DNA of 53,797 bases. Origin: Candidatus Aminicenantales bacterium. GTDB lineage: Bacteria; Acidobacteriota; Aminicenantia; Aminicenantales; Saccharicenantaceae. The translations under genes were made by a program, and so were the position numbers. Location: contig JBEKXF010000006.1 of NCBI GenBank assembly GCA_049512315.1, positions 62,001 to 115,797 on the forward strand. The letters are read 5' to 3'. The notes under the pieces are model-generated. The model saw nothing but the letters and a program-made list of their open reading frames with translations. It was not told the DNA's origin and ran no database searches. Position 1 is the stretch's first letter. Each line of letters opens with the position of its first letter. Shown in pieces: positions 7,891 through 17,757 of this stretch.

Positions 7891-9543
7891 ATGACGCCGA
7901 AACACATGCCGCGGAGAGATTTCCTGACGTCCATGCTGGCAGGGGTCCCTTTTGTGGCCCTGGACTGGGAGAGCTTTCCCAAAAGCAAACAAGACGCCAC
8001 AACGGCCAAGGGGAGCGGCACGGCCTATGACGCCGTCATCATCGGCGCCGGCCTGGGCGGCCTCAGCTGCGGGGCCGCTTTCGCCCGCCAGGGCTTCCGG
8101 CCCCTCGTCATCGAAAAGCACGTCAAGGCCGGAGGATATGCCACGACGTTCGCGCGCCCCGGCGGCTTCGTCTTCGACGCCTCGCTCCATTCGACGACCG
8201 TCTCGGCCAGGAACGGCGTCTTCGACCTTATCCCCGGTTTCCCCGAAATCAAAGGGATCGAGTTCGTTCCCCACCGGACGCTCTACCGGGCGATCTATCC
8301 CGATTACGACATTCGCGTTCCGGACAGGAATCTGCCCGCTTACGTCGCCGATTTGGTCGGCAAGTTCCCAGACGAGAAGGCCGGGATCGAAAGCCTGTTC
8401 GACGATATGAAGGGGCTGTCCGGCGACATCGGCCGGCTTTCCGCCTCCGGTGGCCGCCCCGACATGAGCCGCTTTGTCCAGGACTATCCTTATCTTGTCA
8501 AGGCCTCGGGCAAAACCTGGGGGGCCATGGTGGACGCCCGCCTCAAGAACCCCAAACTCAAGGCCATCGTCTCCGCCCTCTGTGGCTATTTCGGCCTGCC
8601 GCCGTCGAGGCTTTCTCCCTTTTATTACGCCCTGCCCACGGTCGGCTATCTCGAGAACGGCGGTTTTTATCCGGTCGGCAAATCGCAAAAGATCAGCGAC
8701 GCGTTCGCCGCGTTCATCGAGGCGCACGGCGGCAAGGTCATGCTCAAGACCAGGGTCGACAAGATCCTGGTCCGGGACGGCGCCGCCTACGGGGTGAGGA
8801 CGGCCGACGGCCGCGAGTTCACGGGAAAGGCTGTCGTTTCGAACGCCAACGCGCCCGACACGTTCAAGAAAATGCTCGACGAGCCGGACCTCGTCAAGAC
8901 GACCTTGGCCAGGATGGAAAAGCTCAGCATCAGCATGTCCACGTTCCAGGTTTTCCTCGGCTTGAAGAAAGACCTCGTCCGGGAGCTTGGGATCAAGGAC
9001 ACCGAGATCTTCTATAACACCGGCTACGATGTCGAGGAGGATTACAGGGCGTCAGTCCGCGGGGACTTCACGAACCCGGGCTTCGGCGCGACCCTTTACG
9101 ACAACTTGTACAAGGGCTATTCCCCCGAAGGGAAGAACACTCTGTCCATCATGACCCTTCAAGGCTTCGAACACTGGGAAAAGTACGAGGCCGACTACCT
9201 CGCCGGAAAAAAGGACGCCTACAACGCCGAGAAGCTCCGGATGGCCGACATCCTGATCGACCAGGCCGAGAAGATCCTGCTCCCCGGGCTTCGCAAGGCC
9301 ATCGAGGTCCGGGACGCGGCGACCCCCCTGACCAACCTCCACTACACCGCGAACACGCGGGGGGCCATATACGGCTGGGACCAGACGCTCGACGATTCGG
9401 GTCCGTCGCGATTCCCCCAGCGGACGCCCGTCAACAACCTGTATCTCGCCGGCGCCTGGACATTCCCCGGCGGCGGTTACGGCGCCTGCATCCCGAGCGG
9501 CCTCATGTGCTTCGCTGAGATCATGAAAAGCTGGAAGGGTTAA
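7891..9543 (+). CDS. CrtI/retinol-saturase-like FAD oxidoreductase with a twin-arginine-like N-terminus
   Basis: GGAGG RBS before ATG 7891; PRRDFL N-terminus; IIGAGLGGL, E-x5-GG, ATPLT...GAIYG and LYLAG...PGGG motifs. Confidence 0.8.
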   Translation: MTPKHMPRRDFLTSMLAGVPFVALDWESFPKSKQDATTAKGSGTAYDAVIIGAGLGGLSCGAAFARQGFRPLVIEKHVKAGGYATTFARPGGFVFDASLHSTTVSARNGVFDLIPGFPEIKGIEFVPHRTLYRAIYPDYDIRVPDRNLPAYVADLVGKFPDEKAGIESLFDDMKGLSGDIGRLSASGGRPDMSRFVQDYPYLVKASGKTWGAMVDARLKNPKLKAIVSALCGYFGLPPSRLSPFYYALPTVGYLENGGFYPVGKSQKISDAFAAFIEAHGGKVMLKTRVDKILVRDGAAYGVRTADGREFTGKAVVSNANAPDTFKKMLDEPDLVKTTLARMEKLSISMSTFQVFLGLKKDLVRELGIKDTEIFYNTGYDVEEDYRASVRGDFTNPGFGATLYDNLYKGYSPEGKNTLSIMTLQGFEHWEKYEADYLAGKKDAYNAEKLRMADILIDQAEKILLPGLRKAIEVRDAATPLTNLHYTANTRGAIYGWDQTLDDSGPSRFPQRTPVNNLYLAGAWTFPGGGYGACIPSGLMCFAEIMKSWKG

Positions 9544-9554
9544 TCAAGGAGGGG

Positions 9555-10520
9555 ATGCCTCGGACGATGAACGATCTCCATCAAACCGGGTCAAGCCCCT
9601 CGCGGCTGGCCAGATGGCTGATCGCCGCCCGGCCTTGGGCCCTGCCAGCTTCGACCATGCCGGTCGTCTTCGGAACGTCACTCGCCGTCGTCATCGGCGG
9701 GGCGTCCCTCTCTGTCCCCCGCTTCCTCTGGGCCATCGCGACCATGATGATCCTTCACAGCGCGGCCAACATGCTCAGCGATGTCCACGATTTCCGCAGG
9801 GGCCTCGATAGGGACGTGACGCCCGTGAGCGGGGCCATCGTCCGGGGGCTCCTGACGGACAGGCAGGTCCTCCGCGGATCGGTCGTCCTCTTCGCCTTCG
9901 GCGCGGCCTCGGGTTTCCTCATCGCCCTCGCGACCGGAAGCGCGCTCTTCATCATCGGCGGCCTCGGGCTCGCGGTCGGGGCCTGCTACACCCTCCTCAA
10001 GACCCATGCCCTGGGCGACCTGGCCGTCCTCCTGAATTTCGGCCTGCTCGGATCGGCCGGCGCCTGGACGGTCCAGACCAGAAGCTTTTCCTGGCTGCCG
10101 CTCGTCTGGGCCGTCCCCATGGCCATGCTCGTGAGCGCCATCCTTCACGCCAACAACTGGCGCGATGCCTTGTCCGACCGGGAGCGTCGGGTGAATACCG
10201 TGGCGGGCCTTCTTGGCGACCGCGGCTCTCTCCTGTATTACGGGGTGCTCATTTTCGGGCCGTTCGCGATCGACGTCGGCTTCATCACCATCCCGCGGCT
10301 CGTCGGCGGGTCTCTGCGACCCATGCCGCTGACCTTCCTCCTCGTGTTCGCCGCCCTCCCCAGCGCCATAAGACTTTGGGACCGGGCCGTCCGGCGGGCC
10401 GCTCCCCGCCGGCCCATGGACTTCATCATCCTCGACGGCGCCACGGCCAGCCACAACCTCGTCTTCGGCCTCCTCAGCACGGCCGCCGTCCTCCTCGAAG
10501 CCGTCCTCAGGTGGCCGTGA
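9555..10520 (+). CDS. UbiA-family prenyltransferase (MenA/UBIAD1-like)
   Basis: ARPWALPAS, ANMLSDVHDFRRGLD and HANNWRDALSD aspartate-rich motifs; multipass membrane protein. Confidence 0.82.
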   Translation: MPRTMNDLHQTGSSPSRLARWLIAARPWALPASTMPVVFGTSLAVVIGGASLSVPRFLWAIATMMILHSAANMLSDVHDFRRGLDRDVTPVSGAIVRGLLTDRQVLRGSVVLFAFGAASGFLIALATGSALFIIGGLGLAVGACYTLLKTHALGDLAVLLNFGLLGSAGAWTVQTRSFSWLPLVWAVPMAMLVSAILHANNWRDALSDRERRVNTVAGLLGDRGSLLYYGVLIFGPFAIDVGFITIPRLVGGSLRPMPLTFLLVFAALPSAIRLWDRAVRRAAPRRPMDFIILDGATASHNLVFGLLSTAAVLLEAVLRWP

Positions 10521-11170
10521 AAAAGGAGCTCTCAGCGACGCGGCCATTGATCCTGGCCATAACAGCGGCCGTCCCCGCCGCTCTTTTCATCGCCCTTTTC
10601 CGCTTCCGCCGGGCAGGTCCCCTGGATTTCTGGTGGTGGATGGGCCTGAACATCGTCCTGGCGGTGGGGTTCGGCCTGGCGGCCGATAGCGGCTACGGGC
10701 AAAGGCTCAAGGCCGAACTCCGGTCGGGACTGCCGCTCAAGCTCGTCCTCGGGGTTCTCTCCGCCGCCGTCCTGTACGCCGCCTTCGCGGCGGGCCGGCT
10801 CGTCGTCCTTAAGCTTTTCCCCTTCGCCTCGGCCGGGATCGCCGCCGTCTATCGTCTGAAGCAAGGAACGGGGATTCTCCGGATCGTCCTCCTCCTCGGC
10901 CTCCTGATCGGACCGGGCGAGGAGGTCTTTTGGCGGGGATTCCTCCAGGAACGGACGTCGGCCCTGCTCGGCCCGGGAAAGGGGTTCTGGCTGACCGCCC
11001 TGCTCTACGCCCTGGTCCATATGGCCAGCGGCAACGTTATGCTTGTCCTCGCGGCAGGCGTCTGCGGACTGTTCTGGGGCCTGACCTATCGGATCTTCCG
11101 CTCACCCATCCTCAACGCCGTGAGCCACACCGTCTGGGACCTCGCGGTTTTCGTCATCTGGCCGCTCTGA
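10517..11170 (+). CDS. CPBP (CAAX/Abi) family intramembrane glutamic protease
   Basis: EEVFWRG, YALVH and SHTVWD motifs; GTG start overlaps the previous stop (GTGA). Confidence 0.85.
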   Translation: MKKELSATRPLILAITAAVPAALFIALFRFRRAGPLDFWWWMGLNIVLAVGFGLAADSGYGQRLKAELRSGLPLKLVLGVLSAAVLYAAFAAGRLVVLKLFPFASAGIAAVYRLKQGTGILRIVLLLGLLIGPGEEVFWRGFLQERTSALLGPGKGFWLTALLYALVHMASGNVMLVLAAGVCGLFWGLTYRIFRSPILNAVSHTVWDLAVFVIWPL

Positions 11171-11180
11171 GGCGGCTCCC

Positions 11181-11753
11181 TCAGCGGCGGAGGTGCTCGA
11201 CGAGGATCCTGAGCCCGATCCCGATCAGGATCAGGCCGCCGAGAAGTTCCGCCCTTTTCCCTACGGCCCGGCCGACGACGGGTCCGAGCTTCGCCCCGAT
11301 GATCGTCATGACGAAGCAGACGATCCCGATCACGGCGGCGGGATAGAGGATGCCGGCCTTGATGACGCCCAAGCTCAATCCCACGGCGAGAGCGTCAATG
11401 CTCGTCGCGACCGAAAGGACGAGAAGCCGGGAGCCCCGCGTCTGGTCGGGCCGGCAGGCTTTCTCTTCGTCGCTGAGACTGAAGGACTCGTAGATCATCC
11501 GGCCACCGATCGCGGCGAGCAGCCCGAAGGCCAGCCAGTGGTCGAAGCTCCGTGTGAGGCGTACGACGGACTCCCCGGCGAACCAGCCGAGGACAGGCAT
11601 GCCGAACTGGAACGCCCCGAAAAAGAAGGCCATCCGGACCGACTGCCGGGTCGTCAGCCTTTTCAGCCCGCAGGCCAGACCCATGGACACGGCGAAACAG
11701 TCCATGGCAAGCGCCACGGCGAGCCCCAAGACAAGGACGATCGGCATCGGCAT
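11181..11753 (-). CDS. mntP: Manganese efflux pump MntP family
   Basis: ALAMDCFAVS, DHWLAFGLL, ATSIDALAVG and AELLGGLILIGIG motifs. Confidence 0.9.
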   Translation of the reverse strand: MPMPIVLVLGLAVALAMDCFAVSMGLACGLKRLTTRQSVRMAFFFGAFQFGMPVLGWFAGESVVRLTRSFDHWLAFGLLAAIGGRMIYESFSLSDEEKACRPDQTRGSRLLVLSVATSIDALAVGLSLGVIKAGILYPAAVIGIVCFVMTIIGAKLGPVVGRAVGKRAELLGGLILIGIGLRILVEHLRR

Positions 11754-11818
11754 GTCCTCAAAGACGCGCCCCATTATATCAGAGCGGTCGTGTTATAATA
11801 ATTAATTAGGCTAAACAC

Positions 11819-14539
11819 ATGGCGACGACAGAGAAGATCATCCTCCGCGGAGTCAAGGTCCACAACCTCAAGGGGATCGACCTCGACGTCCCCCTCAACA
11901 ACCTGATCGTGGTCACGGGAGTCAGCGGGTCGGGGAAGTCCTCGCTCGCCTTCGATACGCTCTACGCCGAGGGGCAGAGGCGTTACATGGAGTCCTTGTC
12001 GTCCTACGCCCGGCAGTTCCTCGAGAGGATGGACAAGCCCGACGCCGAGCTCATCGAGGGCATCCCCCCGGCCATCGCCATCCAGCAGAAGGCCGCCACC
12101 AAGAACCCTCGCTCGACCGTGGCTACGGTGACAGAGATCTTCGATTTCCTCAGGGTCCTCTATGCCCGGATCGGGACGGTCCATTGCCTGAAGTGCGGCC
12201 GGCCGGTCAAGAGGGATACGATCGACAGCGTCATCGATGAGCTGGAACGACTTCCGGAGGGGACGAAGGCCCTAATCACATTCTCCTGGCCTGGCGAGAA
12301 GGGCACGGCCCTGCTCAAGAAGGACGGGTTCTCGAGGATCGTTGTGGACGGCGCCGCCGCCGACCTCGACGGGGCCGCCACGACTTCGAAAAAAGGCCCG
12401 CTCGAAGTCCTCGTCGACCGGATTTCTCTCCGTGCGGACGAGCGGGAGAGGCTGGCCGACTCTCTGGAAATGGCCCTCAAGAAAGGCGGCGGCCGGGCCC
12501 TGGTCCGGACCGAGGACGGCCGGGAGCACCCCTTCTCCGACAAGCTCGAGTGCAAGGCCTGCGGGATCTCCTACGAGGAGCCCTTCCCGAACCTCTTCTC
12601 CTTCAACAGCCCGCAGGGGGCCTGCCCGGAATGCCACGGCTTCGGCGACCTGGCCGTCATCGACGAAGACAAGGTCGTCCCCGACAGGACGAAAAGTCTG
12701 GAGCAGGGGGCCGTCGAGCCCTGGACCAAGCCCCTGTCCAAGGGGATGCAGCGCGAGCTCCTGGCCGAGGCCCGCCGGAGGCGGATCCCGACCAACGTCC
12801 CGTTCCAGGATCTCAAGAACGAGCATCAGCGCTTCGTCCTCGACGGAGGCGACGGCTATCCCGGCGTCAAGGGCTTCTTTGAATGGCTACAGGCCAAGAA
12901 ATACAAGGTCCAGGTCCGGGTCCTCCTCAGCCGGTACCGGAAATACGTCGCCTGTCCCGCCTGCGGCAAGACACGCCTCAACCCCCAGGCCCTGAGCGTC
13001 CGGATCAAGGGCTTGACTATCGGTGATTGCGTCCGGATGACCGTCCGCGAGGCCTCCGATCTCTTCCGGTCGCTCGACCTGGCCACGTTCGAGCGCCAGG
13101 TCGCCGAAAAGCTCATCCACGAGATCCAGAGTCGCCTCAAGTTTCTCCTCGAGGTCGGGCTCGACTATATCACCCTCGACCGGATGACCTTTACCCTGAG
13201 CGGCGGCGAGGCCCAGCGGATCAATCTGGCCGCGGCCCTCAGCGCTTCGCTCGTCGGGACGCTATTCGTCCTCGACGAGCCGAGCATCGGCCTCCACCCC
13301 CGCGACAACCACCGCCTCGTCCAGATCCTGCGGTCGCTCAAGGAGATCGGGAACACCGTCGTCGTGGTCGAGCACGACCCCGAGATCATCAAGGCCGCCG
13401 AATACGTCATCGACATGGGGCCGAGGGCCGGCGAGGCCGGGGGCGAGGTCGTCTTCGACGGCTCCTGGGCGAGCTTTCTCCGGAGCCGGAAGTCCATGAC
13501 GGCCCAGTATATGCGGGGCGAGAGGGAGATCCATGTTCCGGAAAGCCGGCGCCCCGCCAAATCTTTCCTCGAGGTCAAGGACGCCCACAAGCACAACCTC
13601 AAGCATATCGACGTCAAGGTCCCCCTCGGCGTTTTCACCTGCGTCACGGGCGTCTCGGGGTCTGGGAAGAGCACGCTCCTCTCCGATGTCATTTTCCGCG
13701 GTCTCCAGGGGACGACCGAGAACGGTTTCCGGGAGATCCGGGGCCGGGACAAGATCAACAAGGTCATCATGGTCGACCAGTCGCCGCTCAGCGCCTCGCC
13801 CCGCTCCATCCCGGCGACCTACACCAAGGCCATGGACGGGATCCGCGACCTCTTCAGCCAGACCCGGGAAGCCAAGCTCATGGGCTTCCGCCCCGGATAT
13901 TTTTCCTTCAACACGGCTGGGGGAAGGTGCGAGGACTGCAAGGGGGCCGGCTTTCAGGTCGTCGAGATGCAGTTCCTGTCCGACGTGAGCCTGACCTGCG
14001 AAGCCTGCAAGGGGAAGCGCTTCAAGGCCGAGATCCTCGAGGTGAGATACAACGGGAAGAACATCGATGACGTCCTCGGCATGAGCGTCACCGAGGCCTG
14101 CCTGTTTTTCGCCGGCCGGCCCGAGATCACGAAAAAGCTTTATCCCCTGGTCGAGGTCGGCCTGGGCTATCTCAAGCTTGGCCAGCCCACGACGACCCTC
14201 TCCGGCGGCGAGCTGCAGAGGATCAAGCTCGCCTATCACCTCGTCCACGAAAAAGGCAAGAAGATCCTCTATCTTTTCGACGAGCCGACGATCGGCCTCC
14301 ACCCGAACGACGTCCTGGTCCTTCTCCGCTGCTTCCAGAAGCTCGTCAACGAGGGCCACACGGTCGTCGTCATCGAACACAACCTCGACGTCGTCAAGAG
14401 CGCGGACCACGTCATCGACCTCGGCCCGGAGGGCGGCGAGGACGGCGGCCAGGTCGTCGCCCAGGGGACCCCGGAGCAGGTCGCACGGTCGTCGAAGTCC
14501 ATCACAGCCCGCTATCTCAAGCCCTGCCTGAAGTCATAG
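11819..14539 (+). CDS. uvrA: Excinuclease ABC subunit A
   Basis: Two GVSGSGKS Walker A motifs, LSGGEAQRI and LSGGELQRI signatures, CxxC zinc fingers. Confidence 0.95.
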   Translation: MATTEKIILRGVKVHNLKGIDLDVPLNNLIVVTGVSGSGKSSLAFDTLYAEGQRRYMESLSSYARQFLERMDKPDAELIEGIPPAIAIQQKAATKNPRSTVATVTEIFDFLRVLYARIGTVHCLKCGRPVKRDTIDSVIDELERLPEGTKALITFSWPGEKGTALLKKDGFSRIVVDGAAADLDGAATTSKKGPLEVLVDRISLRADERERLADSLEMALKKGGGRALVRTEDGREHPFSDKLECKACGISYEEPFPNLFSFNSPQGACPECHGFGDLAVIDEDKVVPDRTKSLEQGAVEPWTKPLSKGMQRELLAEARRRRIPTNVPFQDLKNEHQRFVLDGGDGYPGVKGFFEWLQAKKYKVQVRVLLSRYRKYVACPACGKTRLNPQALSVRIKGLTIGDCVRMTVREASDLFRSLDLATFERQVAEKLIHEIQSRLKFLLEVGLDYITLDRMTFTLSGGEAQRINLAAALSASLVGTLFVLDEPSIGLHPRDNHRLVQILRSLKEIGNTVVVVEHDPEIIKAAEYVIDMGPRAGEAGGEVVFDGSWASFLRSRKSMTAQYMRGEREIHVPESRRPAKSFLEVKDAHKHNLKHIDVKVPLGVFTCVTGVSGSGKSTLLSDVIFRGLQGTTENGFREIRGRDKINKVIMVDQSPLSASPRSIPATYTKAMDGIRDLFSQTREAKLMGFRPGYFSFNTAGGRCEDCKGAGFQVVEMQFLSDVSLTCEACKGKRFKAEILEVRYNGKNIDDVLGMSVTEACLFFAGRPEITKKLYPLVEVGLGYLKLGQPTTTLSGGELQRIKLAYHLVHEKGKKILYLFDEPTIGLHPNDVLVLLRCFQKLVNEGHTVVVIEHNLDVVKSADHVIDLGPEGGEDGGQVVAQGTPEQVARSSKSITARYLKPCLKS

Positions 14540-14782
14540 CGCTGGCCAGGAGGGCTCATTTTCCCTGTCAAAAGCAGGAAAAGGCCCAGCCAACAATGGA
14601 TGAAATATGAACAATAATGGTACATGATTCGATTTGTATGCCTAATATATTTATATTAATCTACTTATAGCATCTTTAACGTAATAATGTGTCCATTTAT
14701 GTTACATCCTATTGATAACAATCTACGCCCTGACAGGATGCCATGTAATTGTATATAATGTAATTAATAACTTATTCCTCCT

Positions 14783-14798
14783 TTGGCACCTTTCTTGC
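14783..14798 (+). promoter_or_regulatory. Sigma-54 (RpoN) -24/-12 promoter
   Basis: TTGGCAC-CTTTC-TTGC gives exact GG-N10-GC spacing, 40 nt before ATG 14838, downstream of a strongly AT-rich tract. Confidence 0.75.
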
Positions 14799-14837
14799 GA
14801 TTAAAAGGAGCGTGAACGCAATAAAGGAGCCCATCCG

Positions 14838-15392
14838 ATGACAAGAAAAGCCCTGGCCATCGTGGCCGTATTTGTCGCCTCTTTTGGCCTTCTCAGGGCG
14901 GAAGACTCGCCCGGCGAGGTCCTCTTCGCTACGGCCCTGGCACCGCCGACGGTCATCAATCTGACACCGGCCCCCGCGCCCGCGCTACCCGGCCTGAAGT
15001 TCGAGTCCCTCTCTTTCGCCCCTCAGACGGGATTCGCGATCGTGAGCCCCTTCGGCGGCTTCAAGCCTTCCGGAGTCCCGGGCAAGTCCCTCTTCGATGT
15101 CAACCTGTTGGCCATGGTCGGCCTTAACATTTCCGACTACGTCTCCACCCGCGCGGCCCTCAAGTATCCCGGGCTCCACGAATCCAACCCGCTGATGATG
15201 CCTTTCGTCAAGAGCCGCGCAGCTTTCGCCGCGGTCAAGCTCGGAACGACGGCCCTCACCTACTTGAGCCTGAAGGCCATTTTCAAGAAGAACAAGACCG
15301 TGGCCTGGGTCCTAGCGACGGCCTCCAACGTCCTCCTGTCGTACGTCGTGGCCAACAACATGCAGATGATCCATCAGGCCCGGGCCCACTGA
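14838..15392 (+). CDS. Exported/membrane hypothetical protein with a DUF5658-like C-terminal region
   Basis: AAAGGAG RBS, signal-like N-terminus, Pro-rich linker, D-x3-T...ESNPLM motif and about three hydrophobic helices. DUF assignment is from recall. Confidence 0.65.
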   Translation: MTRKALAIVAVFVASFGLLRAEDSPGEVLFATALAPPTVINLTPAPAPALPGLKFESLSFAPQTGFAIVSPFGGFKPSGVPGKSLFDVNLLAMVGLNISDYVSTRAALKYPGLHESNPLMMPFVKSRAAFAAVKLGTTALTYLSLKAIFKKNKTVAWVLATASNVLLSYVVANNMQMIHQARAH

Positions 15393-15401
15393 GGTCGAAC
15401 C

Positions 15402-15620
15402 ATGAACGTTTACCTCCAGCGCTACCTGGGGTTGGACGAAAGCCGCGAATACCGGGAACCCGCCGGACTCCCGTCCCTCCGAGCCCTCGAGAAGGACTAC
15501 ATCCTGTTCCTGCTCGACGTCACCGCCCGTAACCGGGCCGAGGTCTCGCGAATCCTCGATATCTCCCGCTCGACCCTTTATCACAAGATCCACAGATACG
15601 ACCTCGACGAGCTCGCCTGA
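15402..15620 (+). CDS. Standalone Fis-type helix-turn-helix protein
   Basis: SLRALEKDYI...NRAEVSRILDISRSTLYHKI matches the C-terminal HTH_8 of NtrC-family activators; no AAA+ domain. Confidence 0.8.
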   Translation: MNVYLQRYLGLDESREYREPAGLPSLRALEKDYILFLLDVTARNRAEVSRILDISRSTLYHKIHRYDLDELA

Positions 15621-15707
15621 CGGCCCGGTCCGCGTCCGCCCCCGCGCCTTGAATTATCCGCCCGTTGTGCTATGCTCGGCCGCGAACCGTAAGGAGGCTC
15701 GAAACCG

Positions 15708-16967
15708 ATGAATATCGCCAACGCCCGCATTATGAAACCGGCCCTGGTCGTCGCCGGGCTCTCTTTCCTCCTCCGGGCCGCGTTTCCCTGCACCCTGGCC
15801 GTCATTTCGGGAAAGGCCTCGGCGAACGGCCGGCCGCTGATGTGGAAGAACCGGGACACGTCCGACCCGAACAACAAGCTCGTGCACTTCACCGGCCCGA
15901 AATACAATTTCATCGCCGTCGTCATCTCCGAGGACATCAAGCTGACGGAAGTCTGGGGAGGCCAGAACACGGAAGGCTTCGCCATCATGAACTCCCAAGC
16001 CGACGACCTGGCCGCCAAGGACAAGAAGTTCGATGGCGCCGGCAACGGCGCTTTCATGAAGCTGGCCCTCGGCGAGTGCGCGACCGTCGGGGATTTCGAA
16101 AACCTACTCCTCCGCGAAAAGGGGAAATGGGACCTAGCGGCGAACTTCGGGGTCATCGATGCCGACGGCGGCGCCTGTTTTTTCGAAACCCGGAGCGATT
16201 CCTACCAGAAATTCGATACGAAAGACCCGCGGGTCGCTCCTTTCGGCACCATCGTCAGGACGAATTTCGCCTTCACCTCGCCGGACCAGATGCTGGGCGG
16301 CGGATTTGACCGGTTCGAGAGGATCTCCCACATCATCGAGGCGGCCCGCGCCGCCGGACGCATTGACGAGAAGTTCATCCTCCTGGAAGCCGCCCGGGAC
16401 CTCGTCCACGAGAAGCTCCATTCCTACCCCCTGACCCGGCTCCTCCCCGAGGACCCGGCCGAGCCCCTCTACATCAACACGAACGACACGATCAACCGAA
16501 ACAGCAGCGTTTCGGCCCTCCTCTTCCAGGGGGCGCCCTCCCGGGCCCGGGCCCATCTGGCGACCATGTGGGTCATCCTCGGCCAGCCCGTGGCCGGAGT
16601 AGCCGTGCCGGTCTGGCCGGCCGCCGGAAAGGTGCCGGCCGTGACCACGGGCCCCAAGACGGCGCCCTTGAATGACCTGGCCCGGGCCGTCGTGTCCTAC
16701 CTGTATCCCGACGGGCGGGGACGGATGTACCAGTATCTGAACGTCACCCGGCTCAGGACCTACGGCGGTGAAGGGGTCCTGGCCAAGATCCTCCGCATCG
16801 AGAACGAGACCCTGGAGGAGACCGCGGCCAAGCTCGCCGGATGGGAAACGAAAAAGCCCTCCGCGGCGGAGATGGCGGACTTCCAAGAGAGCGTCGCCGG
16901 CGAGGCCTACGCGGCGTTGCGGAAGGAATTCAAAGACATCATCAGCCGGGTTCCTCCGGCCCGATGA
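15708..16967 (+). CDS. Exported Ntn-hydrolase (C45/C69-like)
   Basis: Signal-like segment followed by CT...GRPLMWKNRD, which would put the nucleophilic Cys at the mature N-terminus. Confidence 0.75.
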   Translation: MNIANARIMKPALVVAGLSFLLRAAFPCTLAVISGKASANGRPLMWKNRDTSDPNNKLVHFTGPKYNFIAVVISEDIKLTEVWGGQNTEGFAIMNSQADDLAAKDKKFDGAGNGAFMKLALGECATVGDFENLLLREKGKWDLAANFGVIDADGGACFFETRSDSYQKFDTKDPRVAPFGTIVRTNFAFTSPDQMLGGGFDRFERISHIIEAARAAGRIDEKFILLEAARDLVHEKLHSYPLTRLLPEDPAEPLYINTNDTINRNSSVSALLFQGAPSRARAHLATMWVILGQPVAGVAVPVWPAAGKVPAVTTGPKTAPLNDLARAVVSYLYPDGRGRMYQYLNVTRLRTYGGEGVLAKILRIENETLEETAAKLAGWETKKPSAAEMADFQESVAGEAYAALRKEFKDIISRVPPAR

Positions 16968-17054
16968 CGCCGCCGGACAGGACGGCGTTCAGGCTGAATC
17001 ACAGGCCGGTGAAGCCAGGCAGACGGCCCCCTTCGCGGGGACGGTCCCTTCCCC

Positions 17055-17633
17055 TCAGATGAGCCTGGCCTCGGCCGCCCCCCAGTCGATGTTCTTGAAA
17101 AAGGCCTCGATGTAATCGGCCCGCTTGAGGCCGTAATCGATCATGAAGGCATGCTCGAAAACGTCCATGACGAGAAGGGGCCGGCCGCCGGCCGGGTGGC
17201 TGACGTCGTGCTCGTTGATCCAGAAATTGATGAGCCGTCCGTTCGCCGGGTCCTCGTAGAGGACGACCCAGCCGATCCCCCGCATGGCCCCCGTGGCCCT
17301 GAATTCCTTTTCCCAGGCCTCAACGGAGCCGAACGACTCGGCCAGCTTCTTCGCGAGTTTGCCGTTCGAGTCGAGCGCCTTCTTCCCGCCCAGGTTCTCA
17401 AAGTAGGCCTCGTGAAGCCTCATGCCGTTCCACTCCCAGCCTTGCCGCCGCTTGAGCTCTGCGTATTCCGGTGTGCCCGCCTTGCCGTCCTTGGCCATCT
17501 GGGCCAGGGCGTCGAGGACCTTGTTGGTGTTGGTCACGTACCCCTGATAGAGGGTGAAATGGTTCTTGAGGATCGTTTCGCTGAATCCCGGCATGCCGAT
17601 GAGCTTCGCATAGTCTTTGGCCGTGTACGCCAT
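17055..17633 (-). CDS. Fe/Mn superoxide dismutase
   Basis: Metal-ligand motifs NHFTLY, LHEAYF and DVFEHAF; start MAYTAK at 17633 with AAGGAGG RBS. Confidence 0.9.
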   Translation of the reverse strand: MAYTAKDYAKLIGMPGFSETILKNHFTLYQGYVTNTNKVLDALAQMAKDGKAGTPEYAELKRRQGWEWNGMRLHEAYFENLGGKKALDSNGKLAKKLAESFGSVEAWEKEFRATGAMRGIGWVVLYEDPANGRLINFWINEHDVSHPAGGRPLLVMDVFEHAFMIDYGLKRADYIEAFFKNIDWGAAEARLI

Positions 17634-17757
17634 GGTGAATGCCTCCTTGGTGGATGTCAGAACTTTCGCTGAAATACTATCAATAAAGTAGGAATTAATC
17701 AAGTCCCGCGAAAAAGGAACAAGGGACGATCCTCTCCCGGGGGGCTGCTCTTCTTCG

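Noticed and set aside
7891..9543. Carotenoid biosynthesis cluster
   Set aside because: No crtB, crtE or cyclase genes in the window; the CrtI-like fold alone is insufficient.
11754..11818. yybP-ykoY manganese riboswitch upstream of mntP
   Set aside because: The divergent spacer is only about 65 bp and AT-rich, too short for the aptamer.
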